Source of the DNA: Mobula hypostoma
Lineage: Eukaryota
Direction: 5' to 3'
Length of the DNA stretch: 64,000 nt
Assembly (NCBI RefSeq): GCF_963921235.1
Contig: NC_086097.1
Span: 204,912,001 to 204,976,000, forward strand
How positions within the stretch are numbered: the first letter of the stretch is position 1; each line of letters starts with the position of its first letter. Positions 1 through 11,910 of this stretch are shown one piece after another. The notes below the pieces were generated by a model that ran no database searches, was not told the origin of the DNA, and saw only the letters and a program-made list of their open reading frames with translations. The translations under genes and the position numbers were made by a program.

Positions 1-445
1 AAGCCTGACAGGACTATTTCTACTGATAGGAGAAGGGGCGAAGGTGGGTTACCGGCACTTTAAAGCCTGTCGCTTTGGGCAGATGGGGCTCTTCAGTCAT
101 GGTTGATAGTGCACCTAGGAGAAGGAAAACTCTGAACTCCACTGCTTTGTGGCTGTGCCTATTCATGGAGAAAGCTTTGGGAGTAAACCATGAGGAAAAA
201 TCTGGAGCTGGAGCATCTAAGGCAGCCCTACCTTGAGTTCAGTGCTGACTGGCAACTCCTGTGATGCCACTGATGCCAATTTATATCGGTCTCTGCAGTT
301 CCTTTTGATTTATCAGCTGCATGGAGAAGGGAAGCCTGATACATAGGCAACAGCTTGTTCTCCATATCCTACGACCCAGCCTTGTGTACTGGGTTGCATT
401 TCACATAGAATGCTGGCATGCATCATCCATGGTGGGCCTCAATTC
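1..445 (+). mobile_element. Non-autonomous, probably RTE-related retroelement fragment (runs off the window start)
   Basis: Contains GGAGAAGGAAAACTCTGA, which resembles RTE 5'-UTR sequence. Positions ~260-435 align by eye with the 3' half of the SINE at 51870-52152 (tgatgccactgatgccaa..catggagaagggaa..cataggcaac..tccatggt). Confidence 0.4.
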
Positions 446-600
446 AGCGGCATTGAAGTAATTCCTTTAAGATGTATGTCATTTATTCTGTAGAGTTCAA
501 GTATGGTATTCTGTGGTGTTTGAGTAATTCATGCTGTAAAGATCAGCTCTGGGAGTTTGTTGCCCTCATTTAATTAATTCTACACCATCCAAACACCACA

Positions 601-790
601 ACACACATGAAATGCCGGTGTAACTCAGCAGGCCAGGCAGTATCTATGGAAAAAAGTTAGCATGTTCTGTTGAAGGATCTTGGCCCAAAACATGGACTGT
701 TTACTCTTTTTCCATAGATGCTGCCTGGCCTGCTGAGTTTCTCCAGCATTTTGTGTGTGTTGCTCGGATTTCCAGCATCTCTTGTTTGTG
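601..790 (+). mobile_element. Short Penelope-derived fold-back element with a decayed hammerhead motif
   Basis: Inverted arms ~601-657 and ~706-760; TSD tccaaa(c/t)accaca at 588-600 and 791-803; ctgttgaaggatcttggcccaaaacatggac is a mutated HHR. Confidence 0.7.
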
Positions 791-1475
791 TCCAAATACC
801 ACATTCCGCAGGATTCAAGTAATTCATTCTGACACACTTCTAATTTGTAGGGTGTGAATAACTTGCTCTTTAATTTTGGGTTTCATATTCTGTAGCACCC
901 ATTTATTCTGTGGAGTTTGGGAAATTCATTCTGCCTTGTTTAGATCACTCATTCTCCAGCATTCAGTTTGCTTGGCTGGTAAGGGGTGGATGCTGCATTC
1001 TGTTGTACGTGGGTAATGAGTTTAATCCATAATCCTCAGGTGATCGTGTTGTAATACTCAGGTAAGCCATTCTCTACTGCTCAGGTAATTTATGCTAAGG
1101 TATGCAGGTAACATATTCTCCAACATAGTTCAATCAATCTGCATTGCTTAAGAAATTCAGTCTTCATTGATTGGGTAATTCATATTGTAGATTTTGGGTG
1201 TCGTATTTTCTGGCATTTGGCTGATATATTTTTCTATTGCCTGGTTAATTCACTTGGTGGTTATATAGTTTCCAGTGCTCAGGTAATTTGTTCTGAAGTA
1301 TTTGAGTAATACATTCCTATGGACTAGATTAAATCATTCAGTAATGCATGGATAATTCCTCTGAAGAATTCAGGTATTGTACTCTGCAGTGCTATAGCTA
1401 TGCATTTTGTAGCATTCAGGTAATGTAATTTGGATATTTTGGGTTTCATACACAATGCCCACAAGTAATTCAGCC

Positions 1476-1660
1476 TCTACAAATAAACTCTCCTTGGGCT
1501 TCCAGCCAGGTACAGGTATCAATTTTAACCAACATTTCGGTGATGAACTCTGTCACCTTCATCATGGAAGATGCCTGGTCATATCTAGTCCAGTGGCAAT
1601 TATACACCTGTTATCCATCACTCCTGATTGGTTAGTCCTCACCCAATCAAGTTTCCACTG
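1476..1660 (-). mobile_element. Penelope-like pseudo-LTR fragment of a second family with an HHR-like motif
   Basis: The minus strand reads (a)TGATGA-a-GGTGAcagagttcaTCACC-GAAA-tg-TT (1529-1568), followed by ctggctggaagcccaaggagagtttatt. Confidence 0.5.
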
Positions 1661-3392
1661 TCGTATATATAGCTTTCCACTGTACTATATATATAGTATT
1701 GTTCCCTCAAAACAACAAATTTTATGACACGTGGCAGTGATATTAAATCTGATTCTGATAGCATAAGGATAGTTTCCATTTGGGTGAATCATTTTTCAGG
1801 TAATTCATCTTTTAGTGGGAGAGTATTATATTGTATCGAACAAGGTCAATTCATTCTATAGTGTCCAGGTAATACCTTAGTGAAAGGTGGGTATCATGTT
1901 CTGTTGTGCTTGCAAAATTTATTTTCTAGCATTTTAACTAATTAATTGCAGAGATTTGGATAATGTGTTCTTTAATGGATGGGCAATTCATTCTCTGGCT
2001 CTCGGTTAATTCCATTCTACAGTTCTTGGATAATTTGTTCTATTGCACTTGGGATATGCATTCAGTAGAGGATGGGTATTGTATTCTATAGAAGAGGAGC
2101 AATTCTTTCTCCACCTCTCAGTTAACTCATCCTCTAGAACCTGGTAATTTGTTTTGTAGTAAGTGATTAATTCAGTCTCTTACCTTGGAGCAGTTGATTC
2201 TGTAATATATCGGTAATTCATTCTCCACTACTTGATTGTTGTAGAGCATGAGAAGTTCATTCTCTGGAGCAAGTGATTTATTCTGTGACTTGGTTTATTC
2301 ATTCTGCAATGCTTAACTAATTCACTTTGCAGATTTTGGGTATTCTGTAGTGGTCAGGAAATCATTCTCTGGACTTTGTAACCCAAGATGTGCCATTTGG
2401 GGAAATCATTCCCTCAGGAAATTGCTCAGAAAATAATATTCTGTCATACAGGGTAATTCATTCTCCAGTCCTTAGTTAAGATTCTTCGCATATGATGATT
2501 GGGTTGTTTCTTCTGTTGTATTCTAAAAGTCATTCTGTAGTATTTCGGGAAATTATTTCCTAGTACTTGGTAATGCATTCTGTGGCACCCAGGAAATTTA
2601 TTCTGTTTGGTTGGGGTATCAGATTCTGCAGCATTTGAGATATTATTCATATTATGTGTAGTTAATTCATTCTTGAGGTTCAGCTTTTGTGTTCTCTAGC
2701 ATTCTGGTAATTAATTCTTGAGCACTCGCGTCATTCAGTCCATGGTGTTTGGTAATTTACTCTGTAGTACTTGTGTAATTCATTGTGCAGACTTCTGGTA
2801 ATTTTACCGAGTTTGGGTTTGATTATCTGTGCTTTGGTAATCCATTCTGTCACACTTGATACTTGTTCAGGATGCTCATTCTGTACAGTGTGAGTTTAGT
2901 ACTCCGTAGAATATGAGTAATTCACTCTCTCATATTCAATTAGCTTTGGTGCTTGGTTCAGTAGTACTTTGGTAATTCATTCTCCAACACTTAGATGTTC
3001 AAACATAGTGCTTGGCTTCTCCATCGTATGGTGCTCAAGACAATCATCCTGAGGTACCATGGTATTTAATTCATGAACAATTGAGCAAATTCAGTTAACT
3101 TTGTAGCTTTTCTGTGGTACGTGGATAATTTATGTTTTTGCTGTAGAATTTGGGTTACTTCTCTACTGCTTAGTTAATGAATTCTTCAAGTTCTAAAGGA
3201 TAAATTATCTAAGACTTGGTTAATCATTCATTAGTACTTGGGTATTTGGTTAATTGATTATGTCGTATTTCAGTGGTTCATTCTCTTGAACTCCGGTAAT
3301 GCATTTTCCAGTCATTTTGCAGAACTCTAAAGTTTGCAGTCCTGCATTACAATAATTCATTCTTTAATACTTTGATCAGCTGTGAATATATT

Positions 3393-3655
3393 CGGTAGCG
3401 TAGTACGTTAGCACAATGGGGTTCAAGTCCCGCTGCTGCCAATTAGAAGTTTGTATGTTTTCCCCATGACCACGTGGGTTTCCTCCGGGTACTCTGGTTT
3501 CTTCCCACATTCCAAAGACGTACCTGTTGGTAGGTTAATTGGTCATTATAAATTGTCCCATAATTAGGCTAGGATTAAACTGGGGGACATCTGGGTGGTG
3601 TGGCTTGAAGAGCCAGAAGGGCCTATTCTGTGCTGTATCTCAATAAATAAATAAA
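3393..3655 (+). mobile_element. V-SINE/HE1-like SINE
   Basis: B-box-like ggttcaagtcc, core gtgggtttcctccgggtactctggtttcttcccacattccaaagac, CR1-like 3' tail gaagggcctattctgtgctgta and (taaa)n. Confidence 0.75.
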
Positions 3656-3937
3656 TATTGATTAGGAGGGCTGGCTTGATGGGCAAATGATCTTCCCCCA
3701 CTCCTCTTGGGTTTTTGTGCATTTGGGTAATTCCTTCTGAGGTACTTGAGTATTTCATTTGATGGTGCTTATGTGACTCATGCTGCATTTCTCATATAAA
3801 TAACTATTTTTATTGCCTATGCAACTTTTATTTTAATTTAATTGTATCTCTAGTCATCAAGTCACTCACTCTTTTATTCATGGATAATTTCTGCTGTGGT
3901 CAACAGTTAACTTATTCCCTAGTTCACAGGTGAAATG

Positions 3938-4374
3938 CACTCTGTGGCCACTTGGTTAGATATCTCCTCTACCTTACAAAGAGTGGCCACTGAGTGCATG
4001 TTCATGGCCTTCTGTTGCTGTCACCTTCCTGACTGCTTGAACCAATCTGGCCAATCACCTCTGGCCATTTTCGCCCACAGAACTGCTGCTCACTGGATTT
4101 TTTTTCATATTTTGCACCATTCTCTGCAAAATCTAGGGATGATGTCCATGAAAATCTCAGGAGATCAGATTCTGAGATACTCAAACCAACTATCATTCCA
4201 TTGTCAAAGACACTTAGATCATATTTCATCCCCATTCTAATATTTGGTCTGATCAACAACTGGACCACTTGACCATGTCTGCATGCTTTTATGCATTGAG
4301 TTGCTGCCATATGATTGGCTGATTAGATATTTGCATTAACGAGCAGCTGTACCTAATAAAGTGGCCACTGAGTG
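3938..4374 (-). mobile_element. Internally deleted Tc1-like element
   Basis: TIR CACTCAGTGGCCACTTTATTAGGTACA with a flanking TA on the right; the remnant MGMKYDLSVFDNGMIVG..LSISES.LLRFS matches a Tc1 transposase N-terminal HTH. Confidence 0.75.
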
Positions 4375-4928
4375 TAGGTGTTGCTTCGGAGATTCTGTAG
4401 TGTTATAGTTTCAGACATTTCATTCTATTGCACTTGGGTAAATTATTCTCTATTGTCCATTCTTTTTAGTTGTAGTGCTGAGTAACAGCAATAGGTTCAT
4501 TCTTGCTTTAGGAATTGGGTAATTTATTCTGCTGTACTCTGGTAATTCCTTGTGCAGTTCTTGGATAATTAATTCTGTATTGCTTGGTTAATTTAATCTG
4601 TAGCATTTAAGTAACTCAATCTGTAATGTTCAGGGAAATTATTCTATTGTGTTCAGTTTACATTGTGTGGTGCTTTAGCAATTCATTTGGGATGCACTTA
4701 GAAAGTTTCGACTGTAGTACTTGGACGTTTCATTCTGAGTAGTGAGTTTCATTGGTAACAAAGTCTACCACTCAAATTATTCCTTCTGGAGTAGTTGGCT
4801 AATGTATTCCATATTTCTTGGGAAATTCCATTTGCACTACTTTGATAATTCAATCTGTAGTGCTCAGGTAGTTTCTACTGTAATGCTTAGCTGCATTGTT
4901 CAAATAACCACCTGCAGTTCTGTGCTTC

Positions 4929-6063
4929 ACACACAAAATGCTGGAGGAAGTTGGCAGGCCAGGCAGCATCTATAGCAAAGAGTGAACAGTCAATGTTTCT
5001 GGCTGCGACTCTTCATCAGAACTGGAGGAAAAAGATGAGGTCAGAATAAGAGGTGGGGGGAGGGGAAGAAGAAATAAGGTAGTAGGTGATAGGTGAAACT
5101 GGGAGGGGGGGCATGGTAGAGCTGAAATAAAGAGCTGGGAAGTCGATTGGTGAAAGATAAAAGGCTGGAGAAGGGGAAATCGGATAGGAGAGGACAGAAG
5201 GCCATGGAAGTAAGGGAAGGAGAGGAGCATCAGAGGGAGGTGAGGGGCAGGTAATGAGGTAAACTGAGAGAGGGAAGTGGGAGTGGGGAATGGTAAGGTG
5301 TGGTGCATTAGTGGAAGTTTGAGAAACTCATGATCATGGCATCAGGTTGGAGGCTACCCAGATGGAATATAAGATGTGGCTGTTCCATCCTGTGCGTGGC
5401 CTCATTGCAGCAGTAGAGGAGGCCATGGACTGAGCTGTTAGAATGGGAATGGCAAGTAGAATTACTTTCTGTTCCCATTCTGATATTTCCCAGTGGCCAC
5501 CCATTTTAATTCCATTCCCATTCTCATTCCAACATGTCAGTCCATGGCCTCCCCTCCTCTACACAGACGGGAGGAGCAACATCATATATTCCGCCTGGGT
5601 AGCGTCCAACCTGATGGCATGAACATCGACTTCTTGAACTTCTGGTAATGGCCCTACCCCCCACCATTTCCGTTTCCCTCTGTCACCTTATTTACTTAGC
5701 TGCCCATCACCTCCCTGTGGTGCTCCTCCTCCTTCCTTTCTTCCATGGCCTCTTCTGCCCTCTCCGATCAGACTCCCCCTTCTCCAGCCCTTTACCTCTT
5801 TCACCAATCAAATTCCCAGCTCTTTACCACACCCCTCCCCCCACCCTGGATTCAGCTATCACCTACTACTTTGTATTTATTCCTCCCTTCCCCCACCTTC
5901 TTACTCTTTCTCATCTTTCTTTTCCTCCAGTCCTGATGAAGAGTCTCAGTCTGAAATGCCGCCTGTTTACTCTTTTCCATAGATGCTATCTGACCTGCTG
6001 AGTTCTTCCAGCATTTTGTGTGTGTTCCTTGGATTTCCAGCATCTGCAGATTTTCTCTTGTTT
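4929..6063. mobile_element. Penelope-like element 3' portion in inverted arrangement, with two decayed HHRs
   Basis: Minus copy ~4929-5470 and plus copy ~5470-6063 encoding GIY-YIG C-terminal remnants (EEQH.IFRLG..QPDGMNIDF); HHR-like motifs at 4987-5022 (-) and 5929-5965 (+); decayed ~15-bp TSD at 4914-4928 and 6064-6078. Confidence 0.8.
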
Positions 6064-7086
6064 GTAGTCCTCTGCTTCTCTGACGTACAAGTATCTCATT
6101 TGGTAATGTTCAGATCGCTCAGTCATTTGTACTTGGCTAACTCATTTTGTACATCTCACGTAAATAACTCTATACTGTTTGGATGTCTTATTCTATTGCA
6201 CACAGATGATTTGTCCAGCTTTTTCCATCTCTAGTACTTAAACTAATTGTTCTTCATTGTTCGATAAACGTAGTCCGTGCTTTTAAAGTAATTGTTCTTT
6301 AATGATGGGTAATTCACCTCATAGTCCTTGGTTACTGGTTGCTTTGTGTGCTGGTATTTCCCTCGTTAGTGAACAGGTAGACCTTCCCTTCATGATCATG
6401 CTTAACTAACTCGATTTTTGGTTCATGGGTAATTCAATCTGCCGTGCCCAAATTGCTCAATCAGTATGCCTGGGCAAATCAGACTTCTGGGTTGCATTGC
6501 ATTCAGAAGCTTTTTAATGTTGTGCTTGGAAATTCACTTCAGTAGTGTTTAGATAGCATAATGTGAGGAGTTTGAATAAATTTCTACTTCTGGTACCGCT
6601 TGTGTATTTTATTCTATAGTATTCATTACTTCTGTAGTTGTCAGATTTTTTTTCATTCAGTAGTGTATAGGACATTTACTCTTTGTGCTTGGGTGACTTT
6701 ATTTTCCATGTCTGGATAATTCTTTTTGCAATGCTTACAATAAATTCTTTCTAATTACTTGGGCCACTTCAAATGTCATCCTTAAATAACTGATTTTCCA
6801 TTTACTCAGGTAATCTATACTATGGTACTTCTGTAACTTACTCATTAATATATTCCATAGTGCTCCTATATTTCATCCTGTATACTCCTCTGTAGCTCAT
6901 GTAACTCAGTATGTACTGTTTTGGAAATACATTTCTGAATGTTCTGCTAAGTTATTTCCTAAAATTCAGTTGAATCTCCTAAACTGTTGAGGGAATCCTA
7001 CCAAGAATCATAAAGTCAGTGCACTGCATCCATGCCAACCTTTTTGCTCATTTACATTAATTCCATTTACCCACATGAAAGCTATA

Positions 7087-7285
7087 CTCAGTGGCCACTT
7101 TATTAGGTACACCGGTATACCTCATTAATGCAAAATCTTATCAGCCAAACATGTGGCAGAGGTTTAATTGTTGTTCAGTCCAAAAATCAGAATGGGGGAA
7201 GAAATGTGAGCTAAGTGACTTTGACCATGGAATGATTTTTGGTGTCAGATGGGGTAGTTAGAGTATCTTAGAACCTGCTGATCTC
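7087..7285 (+). mobile_element. Partial Tc1-derived element (same family as 3938-4374)
   Basis: Begins ctcagtggccactttattaggtacacc and encodes a MG.KCELSDFDHGMI remnant. Confidence 0.7.
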
Positions 7286-7294
7286 ATAGAGTTA

Positions 7295-9095
7295 TAGTAT
7301 CACAGAGAAATACAGCCCAGCCTTCGGCCAATCTAGTCCATGTTGAAAACATTTAAACTGCCTAGTCCCATCAATCTGCACCAGGACCATAGCCCTCCAG
7401 ACTCCTACCATCTATGTATCTATCCAAACGTCTCTTAAATGCTGAATTTAAGCTTGCATGCACCACTTGTGCTGGCAGCTCATTCCACACTCTCACGATG
7501 CTGTAAGTGAAGTTTCCCCTCATTTTCTCCTTAAACTTTGCATCTTTCACCCTTAACCTATGACCTCTGGTTGCAGTCCCACTCAACCTCAGTGGAAAAA
7601 GCCTGCTTGTAATTACTCTATCTATCCCTATCATAATTTTGTATACCTCTATAAAATCTCCTCTCAATTTTCTACACTCTAAGCAATAAAGTACTAACCT
7701 ATTCAATCTTTCCTTATAACTTAGGCTCTCCAGACCCAGCAACATCCTTGCAAATCTTCTTTGTACTCTTTCAAACTTATTTATGTCTTTCCTGTAGGTA
7801 GGTGACCAAAATTGCACACAATATTCCAAATTAGGCCTCACTGATATCTTATACAAGAGAAAACATATTATATCTGTACTCAATACATTGATTTATGAAG
7901 GCCAATGTGCCAAAAGCTTTCTTTATGACCCTATCTATCTGTGACACCACTTTCAATGAATTATGGACCTATATTCCTAGATCACTTTATCCTACCACAC
8001 TCCCCAGTGCATTACCATTCACTGTGTAATACCTACCCTGGTTGGTCCTGCCGAAGTACAACAGCTTGAACTTGTCTGCATGAAATTCTATCTACACACA
8101 TAAAGGTTGCAGATGAACGCAGCAGACCAGGCAGCATTTCTAGGAAGAGGTACAGTCGACATTTCGGGTCGAGACCCTTTGTCAGGTCTAACTGCAAGAA
8201 GAGCTAGTAAGACATTTGAGAAGGGGAGGGGGAGATCTGAAATGATGGGAGAAGATAGGAGGAGGAGGGATGGAGCCAAGAGCTGGACAGTTGATTGGCA
8301 AAAGGGGTATGAGAGGATCATGGGACGGGAGGCCTAGGGTAAAAGAAAGAGGAGAAGGGGGAAGCCCAGAGGATGGGCAAGGAGTATAGCGAGAGGGACA
8401 GAGGGAGAAAAAGGAGAGAGAGAGAAAAAGAATACATATATATAAAAAACAGATGGGGTACTTTTGCCTTGTCAGGCCCTGAGGATGTATCTACCCTAAT
8501 TTGCCTCAAGATAGGAAATACCTCCTCCTCAGTAATCTGTACAGGGCCCATAAATTTGATGCCACTTTGCAGAACTTCTATAGACTCTGTGCCCATTTCC
8601 TGAGTAAATACAAATGCAAAAATATTATTTATGATCTCCCCATCTGTTTTGGCTCCACACAGGGATTACCATTCTTATCTTCCAGGGGACCAATTTTGTC
8701 TCTTGTAATCCTTTTGTTCTTAACATATCTGTTGAATGTCTTGGGATTCTCCTTCACAACGTCTGCTAAGAACAACTTCATGCCTTTTTAGCCCTCCTGA
8801 TCTTTTTTTCTTAAGTGTTCTCTTGCGTTTCTTATAGTCCATAAGCACCTCATTTATTCCTACCTGCCTAATCCTACTATGCACTTCCTTTTTCCTTTTG
8901 ACCAGGGTCTCAATATCTCTTGAAAACTAAAGTTCCCAGCACTTGTTATGTTTACCTTTTATTCTGACAGGCACAAACAAGCTTTGTACTATCAAAATTC
9001 CACATGTGAAGCCCTTCCACTTATAAGTGCACCTTTGCCAGAAAACAGCCTGTCCCAATCCACACTTGCCAGATCCTTTCTGATACCATCAAAAT
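7295..9095 (-). mobile_element. CR1-clade LINE fragments (RT C-terminus and 3' UTR, plus an upstream ORF2 piece), interrupted by a PLE pseudo-LTR
   Basis: ORF 7371-7883 carries the CR1 motifs VRPNLEYCVQFWSP..ERVQRRF..RGDFIEVYKI. Confidence 0.85.
8094..8460 (-). mobile_element. Penelope pseudo-LTR with a mutated HHR
   Basis: Near-identical to 18136-18520 and 30550-30930; the HHR at 8153-8190 has a mutated core (CTGACAA). Confidence 0.8.
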
Positions 9096-9589
9096 AGTTA
9101 CCTCCTGTATATTCTTCTATGGTGCCTGTCTAAATGTCTCTAAGACACTGATTCCATTACCTCTGGTGGCAGAATGTTCGATCACTTTCTGTGTTTTCTT
9201 TTTTATAAATCGTTGTTCAATTCCTCTTTAAAGCTCCTTTCACACACACATTTATGCATTCTTGGTTTTGACATTCACAAATGGGATACCGATTCTAACT
9301 GTCAACTGTATCTTTGCCTCCTTTAATTTTATATATCTCACTCAGGTCATCCCTCAGTCTCTTTTACTCCAGAGAAAACAAGCCCATCCTGTCCAAAATC
9401 TCACAATAAACAGAATCTTCATATGCAAGGCACCTCCGTTGCACCCAGGGCACTTCTGCCTGTAATGCTTGGGGGTTTCTGAGTGCAGTGCTTATGTGAT
9501 TCCTATTATAGTGCTCTGATAGCATCTACTTTGGTGTTTATGTAATTCCTACTGCGGTACTTGGATTACCCACTCAGTAGGAAGGTCAT

Positions 9590-10010
9590 GACTGAACTGG
9601 AGACGATGCAGGGAAGATTCACCAGGATGTTGACTGGGATGGAGTTTTCAAATTATGAGGGGAGATTGGGGTGAATGAGACTGTAAAGGGACATCATAGA
9701 GGAATATAAAACAATGGGGGAAGAGGGGGGAGATAGAAGAAACATTTTTGCCAGAAGGAGTATTTAAAATTAGAGGGCACACATTTAGGGTAAGAGGTTT
9801 AAACAGGATCTTAGGATGAATCTTTTCAACCAGAATCAGTCGGAATCTGGAAAGCAGTGCCTGAAGGGGTGTTGGAGGCAGATACTCTCAGAAAACTTAA
9901 GAATTATAAATCACTAGTGCATGTAAGATGATGGACCAAGTGCTTAAAATTGGATTAATACAGCTACGTTTATGATGGTTATCATGGATACGTTGGCCAA
10001 AGGATCTGCT
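9590..10010 (+). mobile_element. Old CR1 3' fragment
   Basis: Decayed gattcaccaggatgttgactggg..tagagggcac..ggaatctggaa CR1 3' motifs. Confidence 0.6.
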
Positions 10011-10059
10011 CCAAAGTGGAGTGGAAGGGATGGGGATAGGACTATATTTTTGTCTCACT

Positions 10060-10895
10060 GCCATAGTTGGATGCATCAGCAAGAGAGATGAGGCTGAGTA
10101 CAGGGCTACTGTAGGAAACTTTGTCACATGGTGTAAGCAGAATTATCTGCAGCTTAATGTGAAAAAGGCTAAGGAGCTGGTGGTAGACCTGAGGAGAGCT
10201 AAGGTACCGGTGACCCCTGTTTTCATCCAGGGGTTCAGGGTGGACATGGTGGAGGATTACAAATACCTGGGGATACGTATTGACAATAAGCTGGACTGGT
10301 CAAAGAACACTGAGGCTGTCTACAAGAAGGGTCAGAGCCGTCTCTATTTCCTGAGGAGACTGAGGTCTTTTAACATCTGACAGACGATGCTGAGGATGTT
10401 CTACAAGTCTGTGGTGGCCAGTGCTCTCATGTTTGCTGTTGTGTGCTGAGGCAGCAGGCTGAGGGTAGCAGACACCAACAACCTTATTCGTAAGGCCAGT
10501 GATGTTGTGGGGATGGAACTGGACTCTCTCACGGTGGTGTCTGAAAAGAGGATGCTGTCTAAGTTGCATGCCATGTTGGTCAATGTCTCCCATCCACTAC
10601 ATAATGTACTGGGTGGGCACAGGAGTACATTCAGCCAGAGACTCGTTCCACCGAGATGCAGCACAGAGTGTCATAGGAAGTCATTCCTGCCTGTGGCCAT
10701 CAAACTTTACAACTCCTCCCTTGGAGGGTCAGACACCCTGAGCCGATAGGCTGGTCCTGGACTTATTTCATAATTTACTGGCATAACTTACATATTATTA
10801 TTTAACTATTTATGATTCTATTACTATTTATTATTTATGGTGCAACTGTAATGAAAACCAATTTCCCCCGGGATCAATAAAGTATGACTATGACT
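10060..10895 (+). mobile_element. Rex1/Babar-clade LINE, 5'-truncated
   Basis: WCKQNYLQLNVKKAKELVVD..YKYLGIRIDNKLDWSKNT..RLYFLRRLRSF..SFLPVAIKLYN; ends with AATAAA and an (atgact)n tail. Confidence 0.85.
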
Positions 10896-11477
10896 AAATT
10901 ATGTTGTGGCATTAGAAGTATCTGATAAAGAAATTTTGAGCAAAAGTCTACTTGTTTTGACTTTTCTACTGACCTCTGTCTAGATAGCCTTTTAACTTGG
11001 AGGGTTTGTGTTTCTCTGAGTACACATCCTTTGTGCTGCATTCCGTCAATTCGTTCCACTTCTTTTCCGCACTTCTAAAAGAGATTCACAGTGTACCTCT
11101 GGAATGAAAAACAAAGTAAATGTAATAGCCAAAGCTTGTTTAGGTGGGTGGGTGGCATTGCGGCACAGAGAGTAGTAAGATTGCTTTCAAGTGTCAGCGA
11201 TCATCAGTTGGGGTGCCAGTTTCATCTCTGTCTGTAAGGAGTTTGTACATTCTCCCCATGATGGACTGGGTTTACTCCTGTTTCTCTCGTTTCCTCCTGA
11301 ATTCCAAGGTTGTACAGTTGGGGTTAGTAAGTTGTGGCCATGCCATTTTGATGCTATTAAGTGTGGTGATACCTGTGGCTGCCCCGACGAAATTCCTCAC
11401 ATTTCACTGTTTGTTTCAATATTTTGATGCATACATGGTAAAGCTAATCTTTGAATGGATATCATCTTTGAATCTTT

Positions 11478-11910
11478 TAATGCCTTATAAGAATAGGTTG
11501 AGTTAACTTGGCCTTTTCTCCTTGGAGTGAAGGAGGATGAGAGGTGACCCGATAGAGGTGTATAAGATGAGAGGAATTGACTGTGTGGATAGCCAGAGGC
11601 TTTTTCCCAGGGCTGAAATGGCCATCATGAGGGGGCACAGTCTTAAGGTGCTTGGAAGTAGGTACAAGGGGGATGTCAGAGGTAAGTTTTTTTTTCACAC
11701 ATACGGTGGTGAGTGCATGGAGTCCACTGGCAGCAACGGTGGTAGAGGCGGATACAGTAGGATCTTTTAAGAGACTCTTGGATAGGTACCTGGAGCTTAA
11801 AATAGAGGGCTATACCATAGGGAAATTCTGGGCAGTTTCTAGAGTAGGTTACACGGTCGGCACAACATTGTGGGCCGAAGGGCCTGTAATGTGCTGCAGA
11901 TTTCTATGTT
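11478..11910 (+). mobile_element. CR1 3' fragment
   Basis: MRGDPIEVYKM..RGHSLKV motifs followed by the 3' UTR gggccgaagggcctgt. Confidence 0.8.

Larger units (their letters stand above)
450..6950. repeat. Old, highly degenerate ~23-bp tandem repeat (approx. consensus GTACTTGGGTAATTCATTCTGTA), interrupted by TE insertions
   Basis: Consecutive 23-mers at 1275-1343: gtgctcaggtaatttgttctgaa / gtatttgagtaatacattcctat / ggactagattaaatcattcagta. GTAATTCATTCT-like words recur throughout, and similar sequence reappears at ~9460-9580. Confidence 0.75.
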
